A DNA stretch of 33,168 bases from Collodictyon triciliatum (Eukaryota). Where the stretch lies: positions 1 to 33,168 of the forward strand of contig JBHJMP010000888.1 of the NCBI GenBank assembly GCA_043381765.1. The letters are read 5' to 3'. A model generated the notes under the pieces. The model saw only the letters and a program-made list of their open reading frames with translations. It was not told where the DNA came from and did not search any database. Positions within the stretch are counted from its first letter, which is position 1. The number at the start of each line of letters is the position of its first letter. The translations under genes were made by a program, and so were the position numbers. Of the stretch, positions 1-11,294 are shown piece after piece.

Positions 1-60
1 TTTTTTTTTAAAAAAAAAAAAAAAAGTTTTAAAATTTTTTTTTTTTTTGTGGTTGGAAAT

Positions 61-91
<31 letters not shown>

Positions 92-155
92 GGTGGCTTT
101 GTGTCGATATCCCATACTTCTCAAAGTCCATTTCGCGCAATACAAGACACTACGA

Positions 156-2192
156 CTATACCTCAGGTGGTTTCAACTGCTCGTCCAAAAGATTTGCAAA
201 TTTTGTGATGCTGATTTGTTTTGTTCCAAATATACCTTGTAACTCGTCGTCAAATACGATCAATCTATTGATTGTAATCCATTTTAAGAAAATGGTTAAA
301 AAAAAAGTAACATTAGTAATACAACTATATTGTCTAGAACATTTCATTTATCATCGAATATAAATAGAGAAGTACATAAAGGGGGAAAATAGGAAAATAA
401 ACTTGTTTCCCCCTTGATAAATAACGCAATAGCTTACTTTCGATTTTCTGGAGGCTGAAGGTTACGCTCCTTGATAATACTCCACAACTTCTTCATGATT
501 TGAAGTCTATCCATCGCCGAGGAGCCCAATAATTTCGAAAGCCTGGGCGGAATTATAATCTACCGAATGATGATGATGTTGATGATGATGATTAAACATA
601 AACTTAATAAAAAAAAAAAGATATATTGCAGCTCAATTATTTGGGCTGTGGTTCTTGTAGTTTGCATTTCGGTAAATATATTAATAGAAAAACTATGTGT
701 ACTTTTTCAAGCTACATTTTTTATTGTAATTTTTTGTAGGGATTTCTCGTAAAAAAAAAAAAAAAAAACCACTGACATCTTTTTGATTGGAAGGTGGGGC
801 AGAAACACCCTTCTCAAGGTCAGAGAGCATTTTAGGCTTTTTCTTCAAGTGAGTTTTATTTTTTTTTTAAAAAAAAAAAAAAAAACAATTTTAATTACAG
901 GTTTTTTTTTTCGGCTAAGCTAGTACCATTGAGTCCAACTACTTCATATACCGAGTGTTAATATGAAAATTTGAATACACAGATTTTAAAAAATATTACC
1001 GAATGATTCTATTCCTTTTTTAAAAGAAAATGTTTACCACTTTCTTGACTTCATACGAATCATCATAATCCGAATCATCTGTCTCTTCGTCATCATCAGA
1101 GTCATTAAAATTATATTTCTTTTTTGATTTTGAGCCAAGTGGAGTTGCCTTTGGTGATTGTTTGTTTACTTTCTTCGTAGATGGTAAAGTTGTAGCATCA
1201 GGAGCCTTCTGTATCAGGGAAAGATTCAAATAGGAAGATTTTTTTTAGTAAAAAAAAACAAAAAAAACATTCGATTATCTTTCATTAAAATCATATATTT
1301 CATAGCAGCAAATACCTGGTCAGGTGCTTTTGAGTCACCAGGCGTAAGCATGGGCGTAGGAGAAGGTAACGCTCCATTTGATTGGGTATCGGATGCCGAG
1401 TTGCTAGGAGATTTGGAATTCTGGGGAGATTTTGAAGGTATGGGACTCTGTTTTTTCGGAACTGAAGAATCTACTGGAGATCCTTTATCTATGACATATA
1501 TTTAAATGAACCAAACACATATTTGGTGATGTAAACATGAAAATGAATAATTGAGGAAGAGATATGAAGTAAAAATATAATGTATAATGATAGGAAAGGA
1601 CGTAAGTATGTTAGTAATGAATTTCATAATTGAGTGATATATGTGGTCTATATTCCTCCTTTTTTTTATTTTTTATTTTATTGATATCCTTTGTTGTTAT
1701 TGAAGTGAAACTTAGAAACAGAGCTCATACCCTCTAGTTTTCTCTTTAATATTCGGCTCTTGATAATATCCATACACCGGACTATTTCTTGCTTTATAAA
1801 AATATACTGATCGGAAAGGGACATCTTGTAGTGCCTCTCGAGCTTATTGATAATTTGGCCCACAGTTGTTTCGTCAAACTTGCTCACCTGGTAGTATAGT
1901 TGTTATGTGATTGAGTTTCAGAAAAATGAAAAAAAAAAAACATGCGTTATAAAAAAAATGGCAGTTAAAGTTCAACTGTGTCAGACACTTGGAATCTTGA
2001 TGTTATTATTTGACTTTTACACAATAAGGACGTTTTTTTTTTTCTCCTTCGAGACCTGAGTTGCCCTCTATCATACGATTTTCAAGATGAATAAAGTGAT
2101 TCTGTTGGGGAGAGTAACGTCCATTCACAAACCTCGATAAGCTTCTTTATTTGCGAGCTAATGTCCTCTTCACTTGGGCTGGCCGAGTTCAT
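156..2192 (-). CDS. DEK-C + SWIB/MDM2 domain protein (UAF30/TRI1/Spp27-like), 7 exons
   Basis: GT-AG splicing gives MNSASPSEEDISSQIKKLIE|VSKFDETTVGQIINKLERHYKMSLSDQYIFIKQEI (DEK-C), a Ser/Pro-rich and acidic linker, then IIIPPRLSKLLGSSAMDRLQIMKKLWSIIKERNLQPPENRK|LIVFDDELQGIFGTKQISITKFANLLDEQL (SWIB). Exon phases are consistent. An extra 5' exon from ATG 2307 is possible. Confidence 0.85.
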
Positions 2193-2725
2193 TTCTGTCG
2201 ATCTGTCTGATGTTCTGGTGGTTTCTAAGACGGTGGTGTTATTGACCACGAGAAAGGTTTAAATGAGAAAAGAGACCGTGTGCTTGAAAAAACAACTTAT
2301 TGCTCATATTCTCTTGTTGAGCTTGTTGTTTTTATCCGATCGGGCTGTTTGGATAAGCGGATTCGTATCCTTTCAAGGGGGTTTACAGGCTTTAAGCAGC
2401 AAATCACACAATACACTTTGAGAATGAACCCACGTCGCAGCAGAGCGCTCACAAGACAACGAGATAATATGAATTCAAGATAGGGTTTCTAGGATAATGG
2501 AAAAGAAAAGTGTGGCTCTTTTCATGCTGTGCGCCGATCTGGCTTTCGAGAAGGCAACACAGAACCAAAGGAGCAGATTGGTGATGAAGTAGATGAATCA
2601 ACATCAAAAAGTTGCATAACGGAAAAAGCGAATGGGAAAGAAGGAAAGAAAGTATCCATTTCAAGATTTTCTCGAAAATTATGTTTTCCTTGACCTCCTA
2701 TTTATTTATTTATTTTTACCTCTGT

Positions 2726-3093
2726 GGGCTCAGGAGGTGATGCACTATCACTGATGGCGGTTGATAAAACTATGAGGGCTTTCACTGCACAGTTTTCGCG
2801 CATGCGAGATAATGCCTGCTCAACCACATTAAAGTGGCAAAAGTGTGTATTCGACTGAAAGATTAGAGGTTATGCTGTGCAAGGTTCGCATGAAAGTGCG
2901 TATGGTAGAGAACGGATACAGACAAAATATATTAGCGGGATAGTGACACCACTAGAAAGAAATCAGTGATAGCGAATAGGCCATGGCGGGCAACCCAACA
3001 ACCTGATTTATTGTGTTGATATCAGGGGCCGAAAATGTGATGGGATTTAGTCTGAAAGATCAAGACTTTACATCATCAGGTATTTTTGAGTCT
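2726..3093 (+). ncRNA. Candidate structured non-coding RNA of unknown family (about 370 nt core)
   Basis: No credible ORF. Nested helices: 2726-2735/3084-3093 (with G-U), 2745-2755/2962-2972 (11 bp perfect), 2786-2793/2874-2881, plus several hairpins including a GAAA tetraloop at 2887-2900. Sm-like AUUUUUG at 3082-3088. Folded by eye only. Confidence 0.45.
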
Positions 3094-4104
3094 CGGATGC
3101 ACTCCTTGGATTATCATAAAAGAAATGCTAGGACGGATGGGAGTGGTTAAGAGAATCACATGAGGAGAAAAGGACGAGCTATCCATAGGACAACGAAAGA
3201 AATGAAATGCCTTGAATTTATCCTTATGATTCAATAGAGCAAATTCCAGTGTTAAAATACAGTCGACTACCCACTCATCACGCGTAAAATCAGAAAGAAA
3301 AAGGAAAAAAAATATTGGAAAACAATGATTTGATAGGAAGGGTTCTGTATATTTTCCATTTCCCACGAAGAGGAATAAAAAACCATTGAGGTAATTAAAT
3401 GATGGATGTTTCAAATGGAATTCGATGATTAAGGCCCAGTACCGGGTATTAAGTATAAAGTAACAGAGATTTTAACGGAAGAATTAAAGTAGACCCCGGG
3501 TTTGCACTTACCGTAATATACACGGGGATTAAAAGTAATGGAGCTACTTCCCATAAAACCTCTCATCTTTCTTTATGATTTATAAGAATATTTTATCTCT
3601 TCACTTTTTGACCTTTCTTTTTCTTCCATACGTATAAATGTAAAGCTTCAGCGGAACCATAAATAAGGCATATTGTGCACATTATATTTTTCATAGGCAC
3701 GGCATGGTTGTATTCGACTTGATATTATTTGTTGGGTTTTGGTGTATAGAAGAGACAAGAATGACAGTAAATCATATAACGATAAAGCTAACCACGCCGA
3801 CAAAAGAATCTAAAAGCAATCTCGATCCAAATGATTGTTAATAAAAAAAAATTAGTCTGAATAAGAAATTGAAGAGTTTGGAAGGATAGATTATGTAAAA
3901 TAAAAAATAATTTGCAGCTTTTTATTACGGCGTTTATCCACTTCACTTGCCAGACGGTATCCCTATGGTATTCTTGTATACGCACACGTTATATTTCTTG
4001 TTTCTTTTCTTCCGCCATCTTTTTTTTTTTTTTTTGGAAAGAGAAACTGTTTGACTATTTATCTTCTGGTACGCATACTCCACAGATCTTGTATTGGCAA
4101 GTAT

Positions 4105-4576
4105 CTATGAGTCACTTTTGCGGGCATCGTGGATGCGCTGGCTGGTATCTTTGAAGGCAATCAAAAAGCCGCCCATGATTCCTAGAGCTCCAGAAACCCA
4201 CATAGTGGCTACACGGTGAGGTCGGCCTGTAGCATTTGCATGAGGAAAAGACAGAAAGTGATTACTATTCAAAGAAAAGTTTTTATCTTCAAGAGTCTCG
4301 TAGAGCATGATAACTGTCCAGAAGTATATCTGATTATGTGTTCACGAAATAGAGGAGGAGTGTTTTTTTTTTTTGAAATAAATAAATGCATAAATAGCAG
4401 AAACAGCGCAAGCAATTATGAAGGGAAAAAAGAAAGAATCGAATGGTAAGTGACAAACCAACGATGTAGCCATAAACGAATGAAGCTGCAGTCACGCCGC
4501 CCCATTTTTGATATTCTCCAGTGCGGAATTGCTTCACGACTTCAGTCCACTCAGGTTGCTCGTCTCCCAAACTCAT
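4105..4576 (-). CDS. NUXM: Mitochondrial complex I accessory subunit, NUXM / 20.9-kDa / NDUX1 family, 2 exons (4576-4459, 4226-4105), 79 aa
   Basis: Spliced protein MSLGDEQPEWTEVVKQFRTGEYQKWGGVTAASFVYGYIVG|RPHRVATMWVSGALGIMGGFLIAFKDTSQRIHDARKSDS matches the family pattern P-x-x-x-x-VV-x-x-F...Y, two TM helices and G-x-x-GGF...R as recalled from plant and fungal members. Confidence 0.8.
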
Positions 4577-5372
4577 TCTTTTCGACTAGGCAGTGTTATT
4601 TATCTCAGAACAAGAGGGGGGAAAAAAGGATGAGGGAGGGAGAGAGAGTAAAACTCGATTTTGGGAGGGAGTTGAGGAGGACAACACAAAAAGAGCCCTT
4701 TTCAGCGAGGAACCCATGCAGCCAAGACTTATTCATCCTTCTCAACACTGAGCTGGTGGGCGCAACTCAATGGTTTTCCACCTACTTTCACAAGAGTTTG
4801 TGATTGAACTTCGTCGCTTGTCTTTTGATTCTGAATGCGTTGCGATCACAAAATAGAAAATTCAATGAAAGTATGTCAAATATCCAATTCTGGGATTTAG
4901 GTTTATTTATTTGATCAATTCTCAAGAAGCGAAGGCGGATTCATTCTACCAAGGGGTTGGCGAGAGATGAAGAGAAAAAGAAAGATTGGGGCAAGGGCAT
5001 TCTTAAAACACAATTGGTATGCAATTCAGATATTCAAAGTTTTTTTTTCCAGCCAAGAAGGATGGTGTGAAAGAGGAATGAGGGAGGATATAGGCAAATG
5101 AAAATGAGATAAAAGAGAAACAAATTGTGTAACATGAAGCTTCAATAATTAAGTGTATCCGGCCATCTTTGGATCGAATAAAGGAAAAAAAAGTGTATCC
5201 GGCCATATTTTCCTTCAAGCCCATCACACCCGAAACACTGAAAGGGAGAAGAGAACAAGGGCCGTGATAAATTGTCAGTACATCAATATTATTCGCCAAT
5301 ATCCAGACGAAAAGGGAGGAGGAAAGCGAAAAGGAGGACTTCAACGAAAACACACACACAAGTAATGCGCTC

Positions 5373-8300
5373 CTAGTCATCGCTATCTGAAGATGAATAG
5401 ACAACGGCAGGCGACTTTGGAATGGCAGATACTGACTCTCCAAGCACTGAGTTTGTATCCAAAGGGGCAAAATCAGCAAAACTGTTGGCCATCAATACAT
5501 TCCCATCTATCGGTGCACTTGCATATTCAGATGGATGTCGCATAAGGAAGGTGCCGTCTTGACGCATGTTTGAGTCGCGTGTGTCCCCGGAACCAACTGA
5601 CCAATACGACGATGTGGATGCGTGCCGCTCCACCAGGTATGTCCCCAAGTTTGATGAACTGGGCATTCGAGGATGCGCCATCGGTTTTGTTAGCGGACGC
5701 TCGCCCGACTGATACAACGAGTTCATGTCTCCCCGCTCGTCTGTGCTATTTTCACGTCCCATGTCCAGTCGATGTTGTGAGAGCTGCACTTCAAGTCGCG
5801 GACCAGATATCCTCCTTGGCACCTGGCTTATTCTCTCATCCTGTGATGATTTACGCTCGCCACAAGTTTCGGCTGCGGATTGTACGGTATCTTTGTTTGG
5901 AAGTTGTGTGCTGAGGTGAGGTTCCTGTTCTGTCGAAGCCCTCTCTTGCATGACAGATGGAGTTGGCGTGATAAGGTCATTCAGGATGCATCGCGATGTT
6001 CCCTTCTGCGGGCCGATGGAGGCAGTAGCGTCGTCCAGTTCACCCCGGTCGCTTGTACCACTGCTGCATCCTTCGTTTCCGGAGTCATATGTCGGTGTAT
6101 GCAACGATGGTCCAGAGGCCTTTTCAGGGTGCTTCGTAGGGATGTTGTCGCCAAGGGCTGGGAGAGTCGGGCTTGCCACATCAATTTTTATTGCGATGGG
6201 CGTTGTTTGCTCGGTATTGTGTTGTTGTCCTTTGTGCCTGTTGTCTGCTTTGAGTTCGTTCCGGTGCGGGGTGTTTGGGACAGAGCGAGGAGTGAACTTC
6301 AAAACTGGGGTGGACTGGTCGAATCCCCCCGAGAGAACAGGGACTGGCAAAGGCAGAGGAAGTTGACCATTTGAGCCGGAGCGAACACCCTGGCTACGGT
6401 GAGCACCTGCGCTTCCAGGTTTTGATCGGGGTGACATCATGGACGGGACATAGCTTTCGCCTTCCGCCTTGCGTGCTGTGTCCACTTTGGCCGAGGGTGC
6501 TCTGGGGGAATGCACTGGTGGACGCGGTGGTCGATGTGCCGGCTCCTGTCCTTGGGGCGTGGCTGCTCGAGTTACATCCAATAACGAGACTCTGGGTTCA
6601 TTTCCTTGCTGCGGTGGGCTTGCTCCGACACTTCCTCTTCGCATGTTTCCATCGGCTCCTGCGACAATATTTCTACGGGAACGGCTTCGGGTCATCTGAA
6701 TCAGCCTCGGGTCGATGGTCGCAATTAACTCTCGCCGAATGGAGCGAGCATCCGACCCTGCCCCTGACAGTCGTTGTTTGGTTGAATGCGGGCTTGTGTT
6801 TGTGTTGTTTTCTGGTCGGCTGCGTGTGGCTGCATCTTTGGTGTTGTATGCTGACCTGGGGCGCTCATAGTCTCGCCGGCCTATGCGAGGAATGATATTG
6901 GAGAATAAGGACTTGGACAGCTTCTCCTCTTAAAGGGATGACAGAGGCTATCATCACTGCTTAGTGGTTTGAGGTTGGCAACAGAGATGAAATATAATTT
7001 ATTACCATCATCGATTGGGGCAGAGAAGCGTCGGTCTTCGTCAACACTGGTGTTTGATAGCGTCCGAGTTAGTGCCTCGCTCTTTGGAACACTGAGTGAA
7101 GCGCTCGGAAAGGATGGGATGTTTTTGTTCTATTTATTATAAAGAAGAGATAAAAAAAAACCGTGATTGCTATTACACAATTATGAAATTAGCGGTGGTC
7201 ATACATCTCAAAAGAAGAAAAAAACATGGCCTGATGATTATTTTAAAAGAATGGTCAATCATACGTTGGAACCCAAGAAAGGGCTCCTGGGGAAGGCTGA
7301 GCCTCCCATATAGGGAGACTTTGGGATAAATGATGGACGACTAAGGTCCACTGGGCGAATTTCAATACGTCTATCAAATGGTTTCTCTGTGTCTGCATCC
7401 GATGTAATCTTATGACGTCGTATGCAACGTTGGAGAAAATCTATTAGTTGACACCCGGATAGAAGAGGGGTTTTTCCTCCTTTTCCTCTTTTTTTTTTTT
7501 GTATAAAGAAATAATAATCACGAAATGACTTACAATTTCAGGCGGGAGAAACTCCGTTTCGATGCCTTCCTTTCTGAGTGAAGGCATTAACCGAACATCT
7601 GAACGTACCGAGGAATATTCTCCAGCGATCTTATCAATTGTACTGAACACGGACGGAGTCATCAGGAATCCATCCATATTTGCACTTCCTGCTCTAGATA
7701 AAGGTGGCATCTCCTGGTCAATATGCAGCGATGGAGGAGAATTCGGTGCTTTCTTAATCTTTGTGAAACGGTGCAAGATGGCATGGTTTCCATCATCTGT
7801 TTCTTGGCTGACATCGGGCTGATAGGGAACGAATGACGGCTTTGAGTGTCTTAAGGATGATTGGTTGGGGTCTGACGGATTAATGATTGGGGAGTCCACT
7901 TTGAGGCGACTGTTTGGTAAATAATTGTTTAAGCATCGAATTCACTTTTATTGCGATAATATAATGAAATACGGTAAGTTTTTGGTTTTGTTTTTGATTT
8001 GCTTCGCTTTGTTTTTTTGTTTTGCTTGTAAATAATTGACAAAGCCAATATTTCCTTAATATCAAACCTAGGTATCGATGTAATAGCTGGCGATGCTGTA
8101 GGGATGATGGATGGATCTGTTGTCTGCGTGCCTAGATCAGACAAATCAGCCTCTCTTAGTGCAGCTTGCAGCTTTTGTTTGATGATTCCAAGGGCTGTTT
8201 GTCTCATTTTATCATGATACCCTGCAATTCAAAGATATTTTGATATGAGCATACCGGTCGTGAGAAAAACGAATGGAAGAAAAAATAGACAGAAAAAAGG

Positions 8301-10984
8301 AGATTTTTCAACGAATAAATTTGATTAGGTATATTATTTGTGATTATGCAGCATTAATCAAAGGTACAAAATGATAGTAAATCTGGCATGGCAAGTAATC
8401 ATATATTACCTGGGTAGAACTGTAACACTTTATCAAAATCTTTCTTGGACAGAATTAGAAGGTCGCAGTAAGAGGACGCGCGAATGGATGCTGTCCGGCG
8501 GCATTCAAATCTGTACAATTCGGTCAGGTTTATTGGACAAATATGCGCGGAGGGTTTCAATAAGGGACATGCTATAACCAGTTGCACTGCACAAATGATA
8601 GTAGTATGCACTTACAATAGAGCAATTTCACCGAAATATTGATCTTCTTTTAGTTGACCAAATACAACGTCATCTTCTTCGCTAACAACATCCAATGTCC
8701 CTCTCTTGATAAAGTACATTTCGTGGCCCAAGTCACCTTCACGAATCACATATTCTCCAGGAATAGCCACGTGAGGTTTCAACAAGACCACAAGAGCATT
8801 CATAAATCCGGCGGCATCGCAATCCTTGAAAAGAGCAACCTATTGACAATATATATATACTTAGTTTACATCTGGCACGAATAAATTATGTTGGGTTTCA
8901 ATAAAATGATAGTATAGGATACATACTCGCTCAACTAACTCCTTGTTCATATATAAGGACACCTCCGACCGCAAAGTTCCGGGCATGTCCTTTAAGTGTT
9001 TATTTATTTATTTGTATCTTAGAATCAGTGCTGTTCTTTTCATCGCTTTTCACTTTATCAACGAGTAGAAGTGATGGGTAAAAATAAATAGTGAATTACT
9101 TTGAGGATTATGTTTTCGTCAAGACCCCCATGCCTGGACCAGAGAACCTCGTAATACTATTGGGGGCCACCAGCAAATTAGAATATAAAATGGATGAAGG
9201 AAGGAGAGCAAAGTCAAACGGTCAAGTTAGTGTGAATCCATCATTTACCTGTAGAATTTTCATTTTCAATCCCTCAGGTAGTCCTCTGTACTTCATATAC
9301 TCTTGAAGCACCTCAACCTATTACAAAAACCAGAAAAATGTAAAGAATGGATGTTTAGGTAACACAATAAATGCTTATCTACATTTTTCCCTAGGAAATA
9401 ATTTAATAAAAATTAAGAAAAATCAACCAAAGGAGCTGAAAAGGTACGTATCTGAACTGCACCTTTTGGCGATATCGCACAGCCGATTGATCCAGACTGG
9501 CCATGATGTTAGCCATATTACCAGAAACTGCAGCATACATTGAAGCGCCACTCAACATCACAAACTGTACCGAATTACACTTAATTTTTTTTGGTTTATT
9601 ATATTTATTTAAACGTGTAAAATCAACCCCAATAGGAATAATTGAATATTGAAATGGACAAACCATGACAAATATGTGCTCGATGTCTGATTGAGCGGTG
9701 ATATCACCAAATCCTACCGTAGTCATCACAGTGATGCAAAAATCTACAGTATTATAGTTGTACATAAAGGAGAGAGAGAGAGAGAGATATCCCTCATATT
9801 TAATTTTGAGAATACTTTTTCATTTGATGAAAAGAATATTATGGTATTCACATGTACAAATCTAACATGTATCGGTACTTACACACAGAATAGATGTACT
9901 GTTTTGATATAGGTTTATCGTCCAAACCCAGGTGACGAACCCATGAACCAGCATCGGGACCTTGTATGACAGAGAGCAAAAACCACATGCAGCCGAGCCA
10001 GTGCGCAAACACAACGACAAAAAAGAGCATTTTTGTGACACGAACCACACCAGGGTTGAACTGAAGGCTCTTTTCAAATCCACGAAAGATAGCCAAAATC
10101 TCTTGTAGCCGGGTAATTTTCGGAATTCTCAAGAGAAAAGTGTAGTAAGAAGGATACAGGAAGCCAATGGCGAGCCAGTCGAACGGAATATTTGTGATGA
10201 CATGAACAACAAAACCGCGACTTTTCCAGCATTTCTTGCTGATTTCACTGAGATCATCGATCAGAATACCCTCCCGGTAGAACGCAGTGCGCAGAGAGAT
10301 AAAGAGATGGAGGCCAAAGACCATGTCTGAAAAGCCATCCAGGGTTAGAATTCCGGCACTGAGAGGTGGCTGGAAGGCGATTTCAAACGGGATGGCCAAT
10401 ATAGTGTAGCAGGCCGCCAAGGCCGCAAGGATGCTTGTGACTCTGCGCAGACGCGACTCCGGGTGATGAACCTGGTGTAGATTGAAGACCTCTGCAGGCG
10501 AACATCCATTATCAAAGCCATCACCATCCGAGTTCCCGTCTGCATCTCCATCTGCATCAGCGTCTTCATCCCACGTACCAAAAAGCTCCACATCCGTAAC
10601 CGATGTGTTATAATTCATATCCTGCTTTTTGAGCTTGCTTAGTGCTGTCTTTGCCTTGCCCTGACCGGTCTTCCCTCCTGTCTTTGTTGCAGCCTTTGCT
10701 TGCATCTTGCCTTTGCTCTTGGCCTTGGAAAGAAGCGGCCGTGATGCTCCTGGTGACTTTGCCATGCTTCCCACCACAGTCACCTGCGGAATCCCGCCAA
10801 CTTCCTCGTCCTCTCCATAGTTTGTTCCGCCGATCCCCACACGTCCCGGGCGTAGAGCCCATCCGCTTCCTGATAAACTTGGTCTCAGAGTCGCACCCGA
10901 ACGCGAGCGTCCGCCAAAGGACAATCCACCCTGGGCTGAGGCAATAGTCGGCGGATTCGGCAGTTGAATCGGGTTCGACTGCAT
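5373..10984 (-). CDS. 6TM K+ channel with C-linker and cyclic-nucleotide-binding domain (CNBD superfamily; EAG/HCN/CNG-related), long disordered tails, about 13 exons; true start may lie upstream (to about 11550-11780)
   Basis: S1-S5 in 9880-10450 (IPFEIAF, IPFDWL, LLRIPKITRL, HWLGCMWF), pore ITVMTTVGFGDI, S6 and C-linker (VEVLQEYMKYRGLP, DMPGTLRSEVSLYMN), CNBD (PGEYVIREGDLGHEMYFIKRG...YFGEIALL|FECRRTASIRASSYCDL). Exons join in phase through to the stop at 5373. Confidence 0.9.
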
Positions 10985-11183
10985 CAGAGTTGTTCTGTGT
11001 GATGAAAGCTGTGGGCTCTGATATGTGAGTGGGGTTGGGTTGGAGTTTGTGCTTTGTGCTTTGTGCTTTCTGTCTCAGTGGTGTGCGGTTGGTTTGGCCC
11101 TCGGGTGAAGGAGCAGAGCTTGTGTTGACTTGCAGGGTCTGTGGCTCGTTCGGACTTGGATTGTCTGCTGTGAATCGTGGGTG

Positions 11184-11294
11184 TTTATGTTTATGTTTAT
11201 GTTTATGTTTATGTTTATGTTTATGTTTATGTTTATGTTTATGTTTATGTTTATGTTTATGTTTATGTTTATGTTTATGTTTATGATGTTTATG
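11184..11294. repeat. (TTTATG)17 hexanucleotide microsatellite plus one offset copy
   Basis: Perfect tandem array at 11184-11285 and an extra unit at 11289-11294; reads as (His-Lys)n in one minus-strand frame. Confidence 0.97.

Noticed and set aside
2743-2975. tet operator-like ATCAGTGATAG
   Set aside because: Only a partial match in a eukaryotic context with no vector sequence; better explained as the two arms of a helix.
2814-3067. Group I or group II intron, hammerhead or HDV ribozyme identity for the structured region
   Set aside because: Partial look-alikes exist (ACAGAC, GAUUUAGUC, GCGAAU, CUGAUG, a GAAA hairpin), but P7, the domain V AGC triad and the ribozyme cores cannot be assembled in the right order.
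5570-6895. Several overlapping plus-strand ORFs
   Set aside because: Antisense shadows of the GC-rich terminal exon of the channel; no recognisable motifs.
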